Assembly (NCBI GenBank): GCA_964016885.1
Contig: CAXHJY010000099.1
Span: 1 to 64,000 of the forward strand
Direction of reading: 5' to 3'
DNA from: Eledone cirrhosa
Taxonomy: Eukaryota
DNA length: 64,000 nt
Shown here: in pieces, positions 17,604 to 33,250 of the stretch
Position numbering within the stretch: position 1 is the stretch's first letter
Layout: every line of letters starts with the position of its first letter
Notes under the pieces: generated by a model
What the model was told of the DNA's origin: nothing
The model's database searches: none
The model's input: only the letters and a program-made list of their open reading frames with translations
Translations under genes and position numbers: made by a program

Positions 17604-17764
17604 TATACATATATACATATACATATATATATATATATATATACATATATGCATATATACATATACATATATATATATATATATACATATATACATATAC
17701 ATATATATATATATATACATACATATATACATATACATATATATATATATACATACATATATAC

Positions 17765-17803
<39 letters not shown>

Positions 17804-17841
17804 CAATATATATATATACATATACATATATATACATATAC

Positions 17842-17891
<50 letters not shown>

Positions 17892-17918
17892 ATATATACA
17901 TATACATATATATATATA
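15712..17918. repeat. (TATACA)/(TA) microsatellite
   Basis: Directly visible. Confidence 0.98.
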
Positions 17919-19138
17919 AGCAAGATGTATGGTAGGTCGTATGCGAATCGCGATGATCACGTCTGACCTACCAAATTTGCGATGGTAGCTAGTTAAGCTC
18001 TATGCGTATAAGCAGAGCAGAAATATTAATGAAAAAGAACAAAGGAACTATTATGACATTATAACAAGTTTATTGCCGACAGCCGTTTCGTCCGACCATA
18101 TGGTGGGACTTTTCAAGGCATATAACATGTGACTGTAAGTTCATTATTTACATCAACGTATCACTTAAGACTAGCAGTTTGAAATTGTGGTATACATCAG
18201 CATCTCCGCTTGTATATTTGGGGTCTATATTCTAAGGGGGCTCTTTTATATTAGTTGTCGGAATTGTAAAAGGAATGGGTTATGGGGAGTTAAGAGAATT
18301 TTAAAAATGGCCTAAGAGTCAGGGATTGAAGGTTAAAAATTAGATAATTTATAATTTACGCATTAAAAGTAAAAGACTTGGGATCTCGTAGAAGCACCTT
18401 AAAAAATCCCTCAATAAGTGCATAAAGCTTACAAGCCCCAATAAACTTAACAAACTAGAAGAGATTAAGAGACTAATAAAATAAAAAAATAAAGATATAA
18501 AGTTTCCCTAAAAAATATAAAGTTTCCCAAGAAGTTCCTTCGAGAGAAGAAAATTTCTTTCGAAAGAAAAAATCTTTCTTCCCCAGAGATCTCGTTAAAA
18601 AATTTCAGAGAATTTACGAAGTTTGATAATCCCTAAGTTGAAAGAAACTAATCAATTAAAGGTTAATTCAGAAAGCCTTCAATAAACCCCTCAGAAAAGG
18701 CCCCTTTAATATTTTTAATAGGAACCTCCTCCGAGAGACCCTTCGAAGAATTATCATTTTTTAAGGTGCTTCTACGAGATCCCAAGTCTTTTACTTTTAA
18801 TGCGTAAATTATAAATTATCTAATTTTTAACATTCAATCCCTGACTCTTAGGCCATTTTTAAAATTCCTTAACTCCCCATAACCCATCCATTTTACAATT
18901 CCGACAACTAATATAAAAGAGCCCCCTTAGAATATAGACCCCAAATATACAAACGGAGATGCTGATGTATACCACAATTTCAAACTGCTAGTCTTAAGTG
19001 ATACGTTGATGTAAATAATGAACTTACAGTCACATGTTATATGCCTTGAAAAGTCCCACCATATGGTCGGACGAAACGGCTGTCGGCAATAAACTTGTTA
19101 TAATTTCATAATAGTTCCTTTGTTCTTTTTCATTAATA
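17918..19138. mobile_element. Inverted-repeat element (arms ~18022-18405 / 18760-19138) with paired hammerheads and a left tail
   Basis: About 380 bp near-identical inverted arms around a spacer; TA flanks. Confidence 0.85.
19042..19088 (+). ncRNA. Type I hammerhead, U3-A8 core variant (mirror on minus 18074-18120)
   Basis: tgcc-TTGAAAA-gtcc...ggac-GAAAC-ggct-GTC-ggca. Confidence 0.8.
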
Positions 19139-19181
19139 TATATATATATATATATACATATACACATATATATATATATAC

Positions 19182-19214
<33 letters not shown>

Positions 19215-19223
19215 CATATATAC

Positions 19224-19255
<32 letters not shown>

Positions 19256-19523
19256 ACATATACATATATACATATACATATATATATACATATATACATA
19301 TACATATATATATACATATATATATACATATATATACATATACATATATACATATACATATATATATACATATATATATACATATATATATACATATATA
19401 TATACATATATACATATACATATATATATATACATATACATATATACATATATATACATATACACATATACATATATATATATATATATATACATATATA
19501 CATATACATATATATATATATAT

Positions 19524-19554
<31 letters not shown>

Positions 19555-19999
19555 TACATATATACATATATATATATACATATATACATATATATACATA
19601 TATATATATACATATATATATACATATATATATACATATATATATATATGTATATATATATGTATATATATATGTATATATATATGTATATATATATGTA
19701 TATATATATGTATATATATATGTGTATATATATGTGTATATATATGTGTATATATATGTGTATATATATATGTATATATATATGTATATATATATATGTA
19801 TATATATATACATATATATATACATATATATATATACATATATATATACATATATATATACACATATATATACACATATATATATACATATATATATACA
19901 TATATATATACATATATATATACATATATATATACATATATATATACATATATATATACATATATATATACATATATATATACATATATATATACATAC

Positions 20000-20062
<63 letters not shown>

Positions 20063-20380
20063 CATATATATATATACATATATATATACATATATATATA
20101 CACATATATATATACACATATATATATACATATATATATACATATATATATACATATATATATATACATATATATATATATACATATATATATACATATA
20201 TATATATACATATATATATACATATATATATATATACATATATATATAAATATATATATATATACATATATATATACATATATATATAAATATATATATA
20301 TATACATATATATATACATATATATATACATATACATATATATATACATATATATACATACATATATATATACATATATA

Positions 20381-20416
<36 letters not shown>

Positions 20417-20565
20417 CATATATATTTATACATATACATATATATATACATATATATTTATACATATATATTTATACATATATATATATACATATATATA
20501 TATACATATACATATATATATACATATATATATACATATATATATACATATATATTTATACATAT

Positions 20566-20599
<34 letters not shown>

Positions 20600-20627
20600 A
20601 TACATATATATACATATATATTTATAC

Positions 20628-20658
<31 letters not shown>

Positions 20659-21247
20659 CATATACATATATATATATATACATATATATATATACATATA
20701 TATATATACATATATATATACATATATATACATATATATATACATATATATACATATATATATACATATATATATACATATATATATACATATACATATA
20801 TATATACATATATATACATATACATATATATACATATACATATATATATACATATACATATATATACATATATATATATACATATATATACATATACATA
20901 TACATATATATATATATACATATACATATACATATATATACATATACATATATATATACATATACATATATATATACATATACATATATATATACATATA
21001 CATATATATATACATATACATATATATATACATATACATATATATATACATATATATATATACATATATATATACATATATATATATATATACATATATA
21101 TATACATATATACATATATATATACATATACATATATATATACATATATATATATACATATATATATATATACATATATATATACATATACATATATATA
21201 CATATATATATATACATATACATATATATATACATATATATATATAC

Positions 21248-21278
<31 letters not shown>

Positions 21279-21287
21279 CATATATAT
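19138..21287. repeat. (TATACA)/(TA) microsatellite with an internal strand flip at ~19650-19800
   Basis: Directly visible. Confidence 0.98.
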
Positions 21288-21842
21288 GGTGGCTGCCAAC
21301 TCGTTTTCGAGTACGGCCACTACTTTATATCCATGGAGAACCCCTACTGATGCGCTGAACGAGTGTGACTTTTTAGTCCACCCAGCGACTTGAAAACTCT
21401 GGTACAAACACTACACTTGTGACAATTACTGACACATAGTGCTGGGCCCATGGTACCATGTGACGACAAGTGCAGAGAGATCTCCAGATATAAAGCAATG
21501 CCTGTGCCGTGTAGCTTTTATAGTGAGCAAAAGCACTGCACAAAGCCAGTCCCACTCTCTTGACCAAGATGATATTTACCAAAAAGAAGAACAAGTCAAC
21601 ATCATTGGATACCATCAGGGTTGCAGGTGCTATATCAGAGTTTTCCTTCTCTTAGAATTCTGCCTTGACAAAGGCTAAGGGGTCATCTCTCCCGGTGATT
21701 TTGGATGGCCATTGACTCTTAAGAGCTCCTTTGCCCTTTGACAGGTTCTGTTTTTAGTCCTGCAGGATGTCCAAAGTCACCCCCCTCACCAAGAAACCTT
21801 GGTGGGGTTGCCAGTTTAGTCACCAACGACCCGACCATGAGA
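21288..21842 (-). mobile_element. Probable internally deleted RTE-type LINE
   Basis: The minus strand ends with a C2H2 finger [25 protein letters not shown] followed by a short 3' UTR with a ctcgaaaacgag hairpin. The right portion resembles an RTE 5' UTR. Confidence 0.55.
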
Positions 21843-22447
21843 TATATATACATACATATATATATACACACATCCACATATACATACATATATATATACA
21901 CGTATACATACACACATATATATATACATGTATATATACATATATATACATATACATGTATATATACACACATACATGCATACACACATATATATACATA
22001 TATATACATGCATATATACATATATATATACACATACATGTATATACACACATATATATATATATACATGTATATATACATATATATACATATACATACA
22101 TGCATACACACATATATATATATACATGTATATATACATATATACACACACATATAAATATACATACATACATATATACATACATATATGTATATACATA
22201 CATACATATATACATACATATATATATACACACACATATACACATATATACATATACATACATATATACACATATATATATATACACATATATATATACA
22301 TATATATACATACATACATACATACATATATATACATACATATATACATATATATATATACATATATACATATATATATACATATATACATATATATATA
22401 CATATATATATATACATACACACACATATATATACATATATATACAC

Positions 22448-22498
<51 letters not shown>

Positions 22499-22577
22499 CA
22501 TATATATACATACATATATATATATATATACATATATATACATATATATACATATATATATACATATATATATATAC

Positions 22578-22608
<31 letters not shown>

Positions 22609-22763
22609 CATATATATATACATATACATATATATATACATATATATATACATATACATATATATATACATATATATATACATATACATATATATATACA
22701 TATATATATATACATATATACATATATATATATATACATATATATATACATATATATATATAC

Positions 22764-22810
<47 letters not shown>

Positions 22811-23051
22811 CATATATATATACATATATATATATACATATATATATATATACATATACATATATATATATACATATACATATATATATACATATATATA
22901 TACATATATATACATATATACATATACATATATACATATACATATATATACATATATATATATACATATATACATATACATATATATACATATATATATA
23001 TACATATATATATATACACATATATATACATATATATATACATATATATAC

Positions 23052-23088
<37 letters not shown>

Positions 23089-23575
23089 CATATATATATA
23101 CATATATATATACATATATATATATATATATTTATACATATATATACATATATATACATATATATATACATATATATACATATATATATATACATATATA
23201 TACATATATATACATACATATACATATATATACATACATATATATACATATATATACATATATATACATATATATACATATATATACATATATATATATA
23301 CATATATATATACATATATATATATACACATATACATATATATATATATACACATATACATATATATATACATATATATATATATACACATATATATACA
23401 TATATATATATATATACACATATATATACATATATATATATATATACACATATATATATATACACATATATATACATACACATATATATACATATATATA
23501 TATATATACACATATATATATATACACATATATATACATATATATATATACATATACATATATACATATATATAC

Positions 23576-23620
<45 letters not shown>

Positions 23621-23693
23621 CATATATATATATACATATATACATATATATATATACATATATATACATATATATATACATATATATATATAC

Positions 23694-23724
<31 letters not shown>

Positions 23725-24065
23725 CACATATATATATATACATATATATATATATACACATATATATCTATATACATATATATACACATATATATATATA
23801 TACATATATATATATACACATATATATATACACATATACATATATATATACACATATATATATATATACACATATACATATATATATACACATATACATA
23901 TATATATACATATATATATACACATATATGTATATACACATATATATACATATATATATATACATATATATATATGTAAGTATGTACGTATACGTACATA
24001 CATATATGTATACAGACGTACACTAACATGCATATATACATATATATATATATATATACATACAT
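21843..24065. repeat. (TATACA)/(TA) microsatellite
   Basis: Directly visible. Confidence 0.98.
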
Positions 24066-24154
24066 CACTCGATATGCAAATTAGACTGCTCAGCCGCTAA
24101 TTTTCATAAGGAAAGTATATACTTTCGAACGTTCAACTATCTGGCAGAAGGGTA

Positions 24155-24199
24155 TACGGTGCTGATGATAGCTAAGAAGCTTGAAACTAGTATATCGTA
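24155..24199 (+). ncRNA. Minimal type I hammerhead ribozyme
   Basis: tacggtg-CTGATGA-tagct(aaga)agctt-GAAAC-ta-GTA-tatcgta; palindromic ACTAGT stem III. A related copy is at 36169-36212. Confidence 0.8.
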
Positions 24200-24344
24200 T
24201 CTGTGTCAGTGTTGAACAAAAAGGTGACGTGATTGCCTTAACACCGTACGGCATAAATCAGGCTGTCCGCTTGTTTACAAACGGACAAAGCGGGCGTTAT
24301 AATAAACGTCCGCTATACTGATACGTACATATATATATGTGTAC

Positions 24345-24400
<56 letters not shown>

Positions 24401-24406
<6 letters not shown>

Positions 24407-26517
24407 ATAATAATAAAATTGTAGACTAAAATCCAAAGAGGGCTCGATAAGGAAAATATATATCAAATATATAAGAACCGTAGAGCAAAGAAAAGAACTC
24501 ACAACCTTCTTTAAAGGCTTCAACCTCTCTATACAGGTTGAGGCCAATCTCTCGGTCATTAATTACCTCGACGTTACCCTCAATTTATTGAATGGGTTGT
24601 ATTACCCGTATAGAAAGCCGAATGATACGCTTAATTACATAAGTAAGCATTCGAACCATCCTGCCAGCATAACGAAGAACCTGGTAAGAAACGTTTCGTT
24701 GAGGCTTTCCCGTCTTTCCACCAACGAGCGCATTTTCAACGACCATTCCACTTATTACAATGAAGCACTTGCTCGAAGTGGATTTGTCGATAAGGTAGCA
24801 TATACAGTGTACGAAAATAGACCTAGAAGAAATAGATCCCGTCGCATTTGTTGGTTTAACCCACCATATTATATGGAGGTGGCCACACCATTAGCTAAGA
24901 TCTTTCTTTCCCTTATTACGAAGCATTTTCCCCCTACACATAAATATAGTAACATTTTTAATAGAAATACTATTAAAATTTCTTACTCTACGACTCCTAA
25001 CCTTGCACATAACATCACAGCTTAAAATTTAGCTAAACTACCTAGCCGTAGGAACACGTGCAACCCTGTAGGTAGTACTAACTGTAATTGTAGGAATCAG
25101 GCTGATTGCCCCCTATCCGGGAAATGCCTCTCTAGTAACATTGTCTACAAATGTAAGGTTGTAACACCCACGTCCCGTAGGGCCTACATAGGGTTAACCG
25201 TCAATAGTTTCAAGCAGCGTTTTTACATGCATACCCATTCTTTTCGTTACCCTCTAAGAAGGAATATGACGTCACTTTCAGCTTATATCTGGAGTCTAAA
25301 AGACAACCACACCCAATATAAGTTACACTGGGAGATCCTAGCTAGGGCTAGATCGTATAACGGAAATAAAAGGCCATGTGACCTCTGCGCCGCTGAGGCC
25401 CTGGAAATACTCTACGCTACAGACCACATCTTAAACAAAAAATCTGAGGCAATTTCGGCTTGTAAACATAAATTGCACAAAACTTTCCTGTATTACAGCC
25501 CCACGTTATACCCTAACGGATAGCACGATCTATACGTGGATATTTTACGTCTTGATGTGGGAGCTAAGTATATGTTTTGTTTATTCCTTTACGTATTTGC
25601 ATAGGTAAGTATATATTACCCGTATGTTTTGTGAAGGTATGTATACCTTCTCGTACGTATATTTGACTGTCATAGCGTATAATTTTTACATATTCTGGTA
25701 TTTAGGGTTTGGCTATGTGTATACGGGAGTTTTGCGTCCGCGTGAGTGTGCAGGTTCGTTCGTATGGTGGGTGTGTGTATATGTGTACTTCTTGTTTTAG
25801 TTGACTTACGTCTCCGAACATTCGTGTATTTATATGTAGGTATGCGTGTGCGCTTGTTATATACGTATTTATTTACTTATATACGTTTATATAATTATTT
25901 ATTTATTTGTACACAAGCATACACACACACACATATTTATATGTGCGTGGTTTTGTATACCCATGGTAAGGTTTTGCGTATGCTTGTGTATGTACGTATC
26001 TGTTTGCGTGTATGTATTTATTTGTTCCTATTACTTCTGTATTGTATTTATTTACTTTGTTCTTAACTCTGTAGCGGAGATTCATTTGGTCTCCTGGTTA
26101 GAATTTTAGTCTACGATTTCTGCTATACCATTTACGTGGTTTTGTCTTTGCGTGCTATTGTGCTCTACGCTCCACATATGACTTATTATCTTCGTTTTTT
26201 CGTTCATTGCCAGAGAACGTCTCTATGCACCACCTAAGAGAACATTAGTCTACGACCTCTTTTATACCATAAACGTGGTTTTGTCTTTGCGCGTAATTGT
26301 TTTTCACCGCACCTATTAATGACGTATTATTCGTTTTTTCCCGTTCTTTGCCAGCGAACGTTACCACGAACCAAAGTATCGTCTTCCTGTCTTCCTCCGG
26401 TTGCAACGTTTTTTGAAATATCCAGTTCTGCGTTTACAGATTGACTTTGTTAGTTTCAGAAGATCCCGTTAAGGGTGAAAGCAACGATTCTTTGCTTAAA
26501 CTTTAATCTGTTATTTT

Positions 26518-26525
<8 letters not shown>
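24401..26525 (+). mobile_element. Penelope-like element, 5'-truncated (RT C-terminus + GIY-YIG endonuclease), with an inverted 3' tail at the left end
   Basis: NYLDVTL...YPYRKPND..YI..HSNHP, WFNPPY, CNCRNQADCPLSGKC..IVYKC, YIGLT..FKQRF, CDLCAAE..LNKKSE...CKH; contains an internal stop. Confidence 0.92.
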
Positions 26526-26557
<32 letters not shown>

Positions 26558-26672
26558 TGCTACTGTACGTCTGTATACATATATGTATGTACGTATACAT
26601 ACATACTTACATTTAAGTAAGTGCCGTACTAAGAGTGACAATTGAAATTTCGTTTCATTATATTACAACATA

Positions 26673-26704
<32 letters not shown>

Positions 26705-26789
26705 CATATATATATATATACATATATATATATAACTTTGAATAACTTTGAAATGTTTTGGCCAGTATTGGCCCAGGCCATGTCTAACT

Positions 26790-27175
26790 TAATAGCACCA
26801 CCTGGCGAAGTCTTTCAATTCAGGATTTGGGCACCATGGCCCATTCGAGAAGAGAATTACTGTTTGCGGAGACATATCCGGGTGTGGGTGGTTTGTCCGG
26901 GATTACTTGGAGGAATTTGTCCAAAGACTTCTTGAATTTTGTGTGGTCAGTTTCTGTTTTGACGTGTCCTGGTGTGATGTTGAAGAGAGCAGGGCCGATT
27001 GAGGTGAAATAATTGTGCCGTATTGTTGTTATGAGTTGCGATTTAGATTTTTGAATGGGACGGATAGCACGGGGCCCAAGCCTTGGGTGTATCTTGAAGG
27101 CGATGCCAACATCATTTGGGCAGTGATGATGGAACATTTTCCACATCATGCAGATAATATAACGCTCACGGCGTT

Positions 27176-27176
<1 letters not shown>
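26790..27176 (-). mobile_element. 3' fragment of a second CR1-group LINE
   Basis: [13 protein letters not shown]...GPALFN...FKKSLDKFL..IPDKP, homologous to the C-terminus at 10800-11180. Confidence 0.8.
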
Positions 27177-28732
<1,556 letters not shown>

Positions 28733-28865
28733 ATGTTTATGCCCAAAGGACAGACACTGGTCTCTTGGAAATGCAGGATATGGCAGCGATAATGAGGGAC
28801 AGAGACCGCTGGAGAGAACTCGTCCATGGATCTAGAGACACACATATATATATATGTGTGTGTGT

Positions 28866-29717
28866 AAATGAAGTAATTCCGTCGGAATGGTACAGGAAAA
28901 AAGAGTGCTCTATGTAGGCTACAGAGCTTATTAGTTATGTAATAAACAACATAAGATAATTGTTTCATTTACCAGTGGTTTCTTTAAAGCAGATATTGTA
29001 TCTGTTTTCAGTCGTCAGAATGAATAAAAAACATGGTGGTTTTATTAAATATGGATTTGAAAACAAAATTTAAGAAGTATAAAAGTGAGGCTGAGAAAAA
29101 AACAGGCGAAAAAGAAGAAGGGGGGAAAAATATATATATAAACAATACATATCCAGAACCTAAACATACACACATTAAAGCACGCGCATATACTTAAAAA
29201 GTACGAAGGCGTATACTTTTTCACATAAGCGTATTAGCGTCTACAGACAGGAACATAAATACATACACATACATATACAAGAAGTAATAAATAAATAAAA
29301 ACAAAAAATATACAAAGTCAAAAACAAAATAAAGACAAAAAGGTGACGTGTTGACAACGATAAGTATGAGTGTGTGGAGGGGGATATAAAAACAACTTAA
29401 ACATAAACAAGTACACGAGATGTGCATATACATAAATATATATTTATTACTTCTTGTATATGTATGTGTATATATATATATGTCCCTGTCTGTAGACGTT
29501 AATACGCTTATGTGAAAAAGTATACGTCTTCGTACTTTTTAAGTATATGCGCGTGCTTTAGCCCGTTTTTTTTCTCAGCCTCACTTTCATATTTCTTAAA
29601 GTTTGTTTTCAAATCCATATTTAATTCATTCTGACGACTGAAAACAGATACAATATCTGCTTTCAAGAAACCACTGGTAAATGAAATAATTATCTTATGT
29701 TGTTTATTACATAACTA
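28866..29717. mobile_element. Fold-back element with paired hammerheads and a left tail
   Basis: Arms ~28932-29295 / 29440-29717, with indels. Confidence 0.85.
29625..29685 (+). ncRNA. Type I hammerhead ribozyme (mirror on minus 28964-29024)
   Basis: ttcatt-CTGACGA-ctgaaaacagata(caa)tatctgctttcaa-GAAAC-cactg-GTA-aatgaa. Confidence 0.85.
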
Positions 29718-29812
29718 TATATATAAATATATATATATATATATCTAATGTATACACACATATATATACACACACACATATATATATACACACACCCACT
29801 CACATATGCACG

Positions 29813-29845
<33 letters not shown>

Positions 29846-30062
29846 TCGGATCGATCGACTTTCGTCAAATCGGACCGAGGAAACAATGTTTCCGTTGGTC
29901 TTTCCAGTTGCTAGTACTATCTATCGGTCGCAACTCCAGGTAGAAGGAGCAACGTGAAATAAAGTGTCTTGCTCAAGGACATAACGCATCGCCCGGTCCA
30001 GGAATCGAACTCACCACCTCAAGATTGTGAATCCAATTCTCTAACCACTCAGCCACACACCT
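29846..30062 (-). mobile_element. tRNA-derived CORE-type SINE
   Basis: Minus strand reads gtgtggctgagtggttag (A box)...gagttcgattcctgg (B box)...ccttgagcaagacacttt (CORE-like). Confidence 0.8.
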
Positions 30063-30198
<136 letters not shown>

Positions 30199-30214
30199 TA
30201 CATACATACATACA

Positions 30215-32097
30215 TAGTGGTAGAACACTGGAAGGTAATATCCGTAGTGGTAGAACACTCAGTCCAAGGGACGAGTTAGGTAGAAGTGGTTACACAACAG
30301 TTAGTTCACCGTACCGAGAACAATTGTTTCACTTTCACGGATCTTCATCTCGGGATGTGTATGGTTATAGGAACAGGAAGGACAACCGTAGGAACGCGCA
30401 TGCGCAGAAACTCGGTCACTTCACACAGGCAATACTGCACTGCGTGCGGGGAGTGGAGGGAAGATAACTGCGAAAGTCCGGAGAGTTTTTGGGTTGAAAA
30501 TAAAATAAAAAAAATTAAAAATAAAGTTACAAAGAATCAGTCCGGCACCTTGTAATTATGCAATAGACGTTTTGTGACGTGTGGACAACGTGTGAAAAAT
30601 TCACTACTCGTGTTTAGCAATCACTATTGCGTAGCCTGGGCAAAGAAGTCTACATCTTCAGACCTGTTCGACGTCTCCATGGGATCGTTTGACAGTGCTG
30701 ACGTATGTGACTTGGTTGGCCTTTTTATCTTAGACATATTACGTGTTAGATTCCCGGACTTCGACACGGGAATATACCGTAACGATGGACTGACTTTATC
30801 GAGCCATAAAAGTGGTCACGACCTCGACCGGTTTAAAAAAGACTTAGCTTCTACCTTCAATGAGTTAGGCCTTACGATAACAGTAGCCACCAACCTCTCT
30901 AGCGTAGATTTCTTAGACATTAATTTAGACACACACACCCACAGACCCTTCCATAAGCTAAACAAGAAACTTAATTAGATTCACAAGGACTCATGCCACC
31001 CTCCCACTGTATTTAGAAACTTCGTTAAGAATATCAGTACTAGAATCTCAAACCTCTCCTCTAGTAAGGCTATCTTTGACAGGGCGGCACCCTACTATAA
31101 CATGGCCGTTGGCTAACAGCGGCTTCTCACAACCTATCACCTACTCTCCCACTAGCAACAACACCATTAAGAAAAGTAAGTGCATCAATAGACAAACTAT
31201 CTGGTTCTCTCCTCCCTTCTCACTCAACGTTAAAACCAATGTAGGAAAAACATTTCTAGCCCTCTTAGATAGACACTTCCCCATAAATACCGCTCCATAT
31301 TTAACCGACACAAAGTTAAACTAGGATACTCCTGCGCTAAGAACATGAAGGCCCACATCACCAGCAGCCCTAGGAGCAACACCCCACCAGGGTGCTCTTG
31401 CTGTAAGCCTGAAGCTTGCCCCCTTCAACAACAATGCAACACACCAGCTGTAATCTATGAAGCTGTGGTCACTTCCAACCGACCAAACGAACCACAGGAG
31501 GTCAAATGCTATGTGGGCATGGCGGAGGGCCGATTCAAGGAGCGTTTCCTGAACCACCAGTCTACCTTCAGATACCCGGACAGACGTTCATCCACGAAAC
31601 TCGCGAGCCACGTATGGTCCCTCAAGGACTCAAGTATAGGGTACTCCATTCAATGGAAAGCCATCACTAAGTCCAAGCCATACGCAAGGGGAAATCCGAC
31701 GTGTGGCTTATGTATTGACGAACGAATAACTATCCTAAAGATATTACGCAATAGTGATTGCCTAAACACGAGAAGTGAATTTTTCACACGTTGTCCACAC
31801 GTCACAAAACACCTATTGCATAACTACAAGGCTCCGGACTGATTCTTTGTAATTTAATTTTTAATTTTTTTATTTTATTTTCAACCAAAAAACTTTCCGG
31901 ACTTTCGCAGTTATCTCCCCTACACCCCACGCACGCATTCTAGTATTGCCCGTGTGAAGTGACCGAGCTTCTGCGCATGCGCGTTCGTACGGTTGTCCTT
32001 CCTGTTCCTATAACCATACACATCCCGAGCTGAAGAACCGCGAAGGTGAAACAATTGTTCTCGGTATGGTGAACTAACTGTTGTGTAACCACTTCTA
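30215..32097 (+). mobile_element. Penelope-like element (RT + GIY-YIG), 5'-truncated, with inverted pLTRs
   Basis: FDVSMGSFDSADVCDLVG, GIYRNDGL, WFSPPF, CSCCKPEACPL..C, YVGMAEGRFKERF, CGLCIDE. Inverted repeats ~30281-30555 / 31840-32097. Confidence 0.93.
32025..32064 (+). ncRNA. Minimal type I hammerhead in the pLTR (mutated mirror on minus ~30314-30353)
   Basis: ccgag-CTGAAGA-acc(gcgaa)ggt-GAAAC-aatt-GTT-ctcgg. Confidence 0.85.
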
Positions 32098-32348
32098 TAT
32101 ATATATATCAGATCAGATCAGAGCAAACAGCACGGACACTCTATCTCAAAATTATTTTTGAAAAGCATTTAGAAATGCGCAACCGGTAAAAACTTAAAAA
32201 CTTAAAACCACAACTGAATACTAACCCATACAATCACTAATACTCTTTTATTCCTAATTAAACCATTTTTCAACTGTGAACAATTTGTCAGCATTTTCTA
32301 TTCCGTTTACCAATATATAATAACTTGTGTGTTACACCTCTATTCTTT

Positions 32349-32412
<64 letters not shown>

Positions 32413-32611
32413 TACATATTCACACATACACATATATATATACAGAATTTACCAACAGATGATAAGTATTATCTGTACAAGTAATCAGTGTGTATACATT
32501 TGGGGCGAACACACTGTACACAAAGCACACACAAACATACACACACACGCATATATGTATATATATATATATATTTGTATATAAATATACACACACAAAC
32601 AGGCGCTCACA

Positions 32612-33250
32612 GACCTCTACCAAGCGAAAACAGTAATCAGCGGAGACTCCACTTCGACATTCTATAGGGGATTAGTGGAGGATAAGTGCGACGACGTTCT
32701 CGGGGAAACTCTAGGCATCGGGGACGACGAACTGACCAGTCTGTTCGGGAGGACTTTCCGTCCAGGGCTTATGGGTAACTTCCTGATGTCTCTGGCCTGG
32801 CAGTGCTACGGAGGAGCTCTACCAGTTCGAGACAAAATCCTGCCAAAAGGACCTGTCCAAGATGCGAGCAGGACATGGAAACCGTTCTGCACGCAATTGT
32901 TCAGTTCCCAGGGGTGACCGACCTATGGAATTATGTCGAACAGCTGCTGTCACGTGTGGAACGCATCCAGTTGTCAGCTGAGTCCATCGTGAGGATCAAC
33001 CCGCGGCCTTCATTTAAGAATAAAGGAGAGGCGGTTTTCCTCTGTCTGGTGGCTATGGCGAAAGAGGTAATATGGTGGACGAGGTTAAAAGGACTGAGGG
33101 CAAACACCTTTCTCTCCGGACAACAACTTATCCCCTTCTTTAAGTACCACTTCAGAAGCAAGGTGAGAGTGGAGAGAGAGGTGCTACACGCCAGTAAATT
33201 CGCTGAAAGGTGGGTGAATGTGGCGAAAATGGCCCGAGTGAATATATAAA
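32612..33250 (+). mobile_element. L1/Tx1-like LINE 3' fragment (zf-RVT region)
   Basis: SLAWQCYGGALPVRDK...CPRCEQDMETVLHAIVQ.P..LW; frameshifted. Confidence 0.7.

Noticed and set aside
26452-26495. cagaagatcccgttaagggtgaaagc as a hammerhead (also ~4505, ~7195)
   Set aside because: The core is broken and no stem III/NUH or stem I could be assigned; at best degenerate.
30000-30062. tRNA-like A/B boxes as a tRNA gene
   Set aside because: They continue into SINE body sequence; this is a SINE head, not an intact tRNA.
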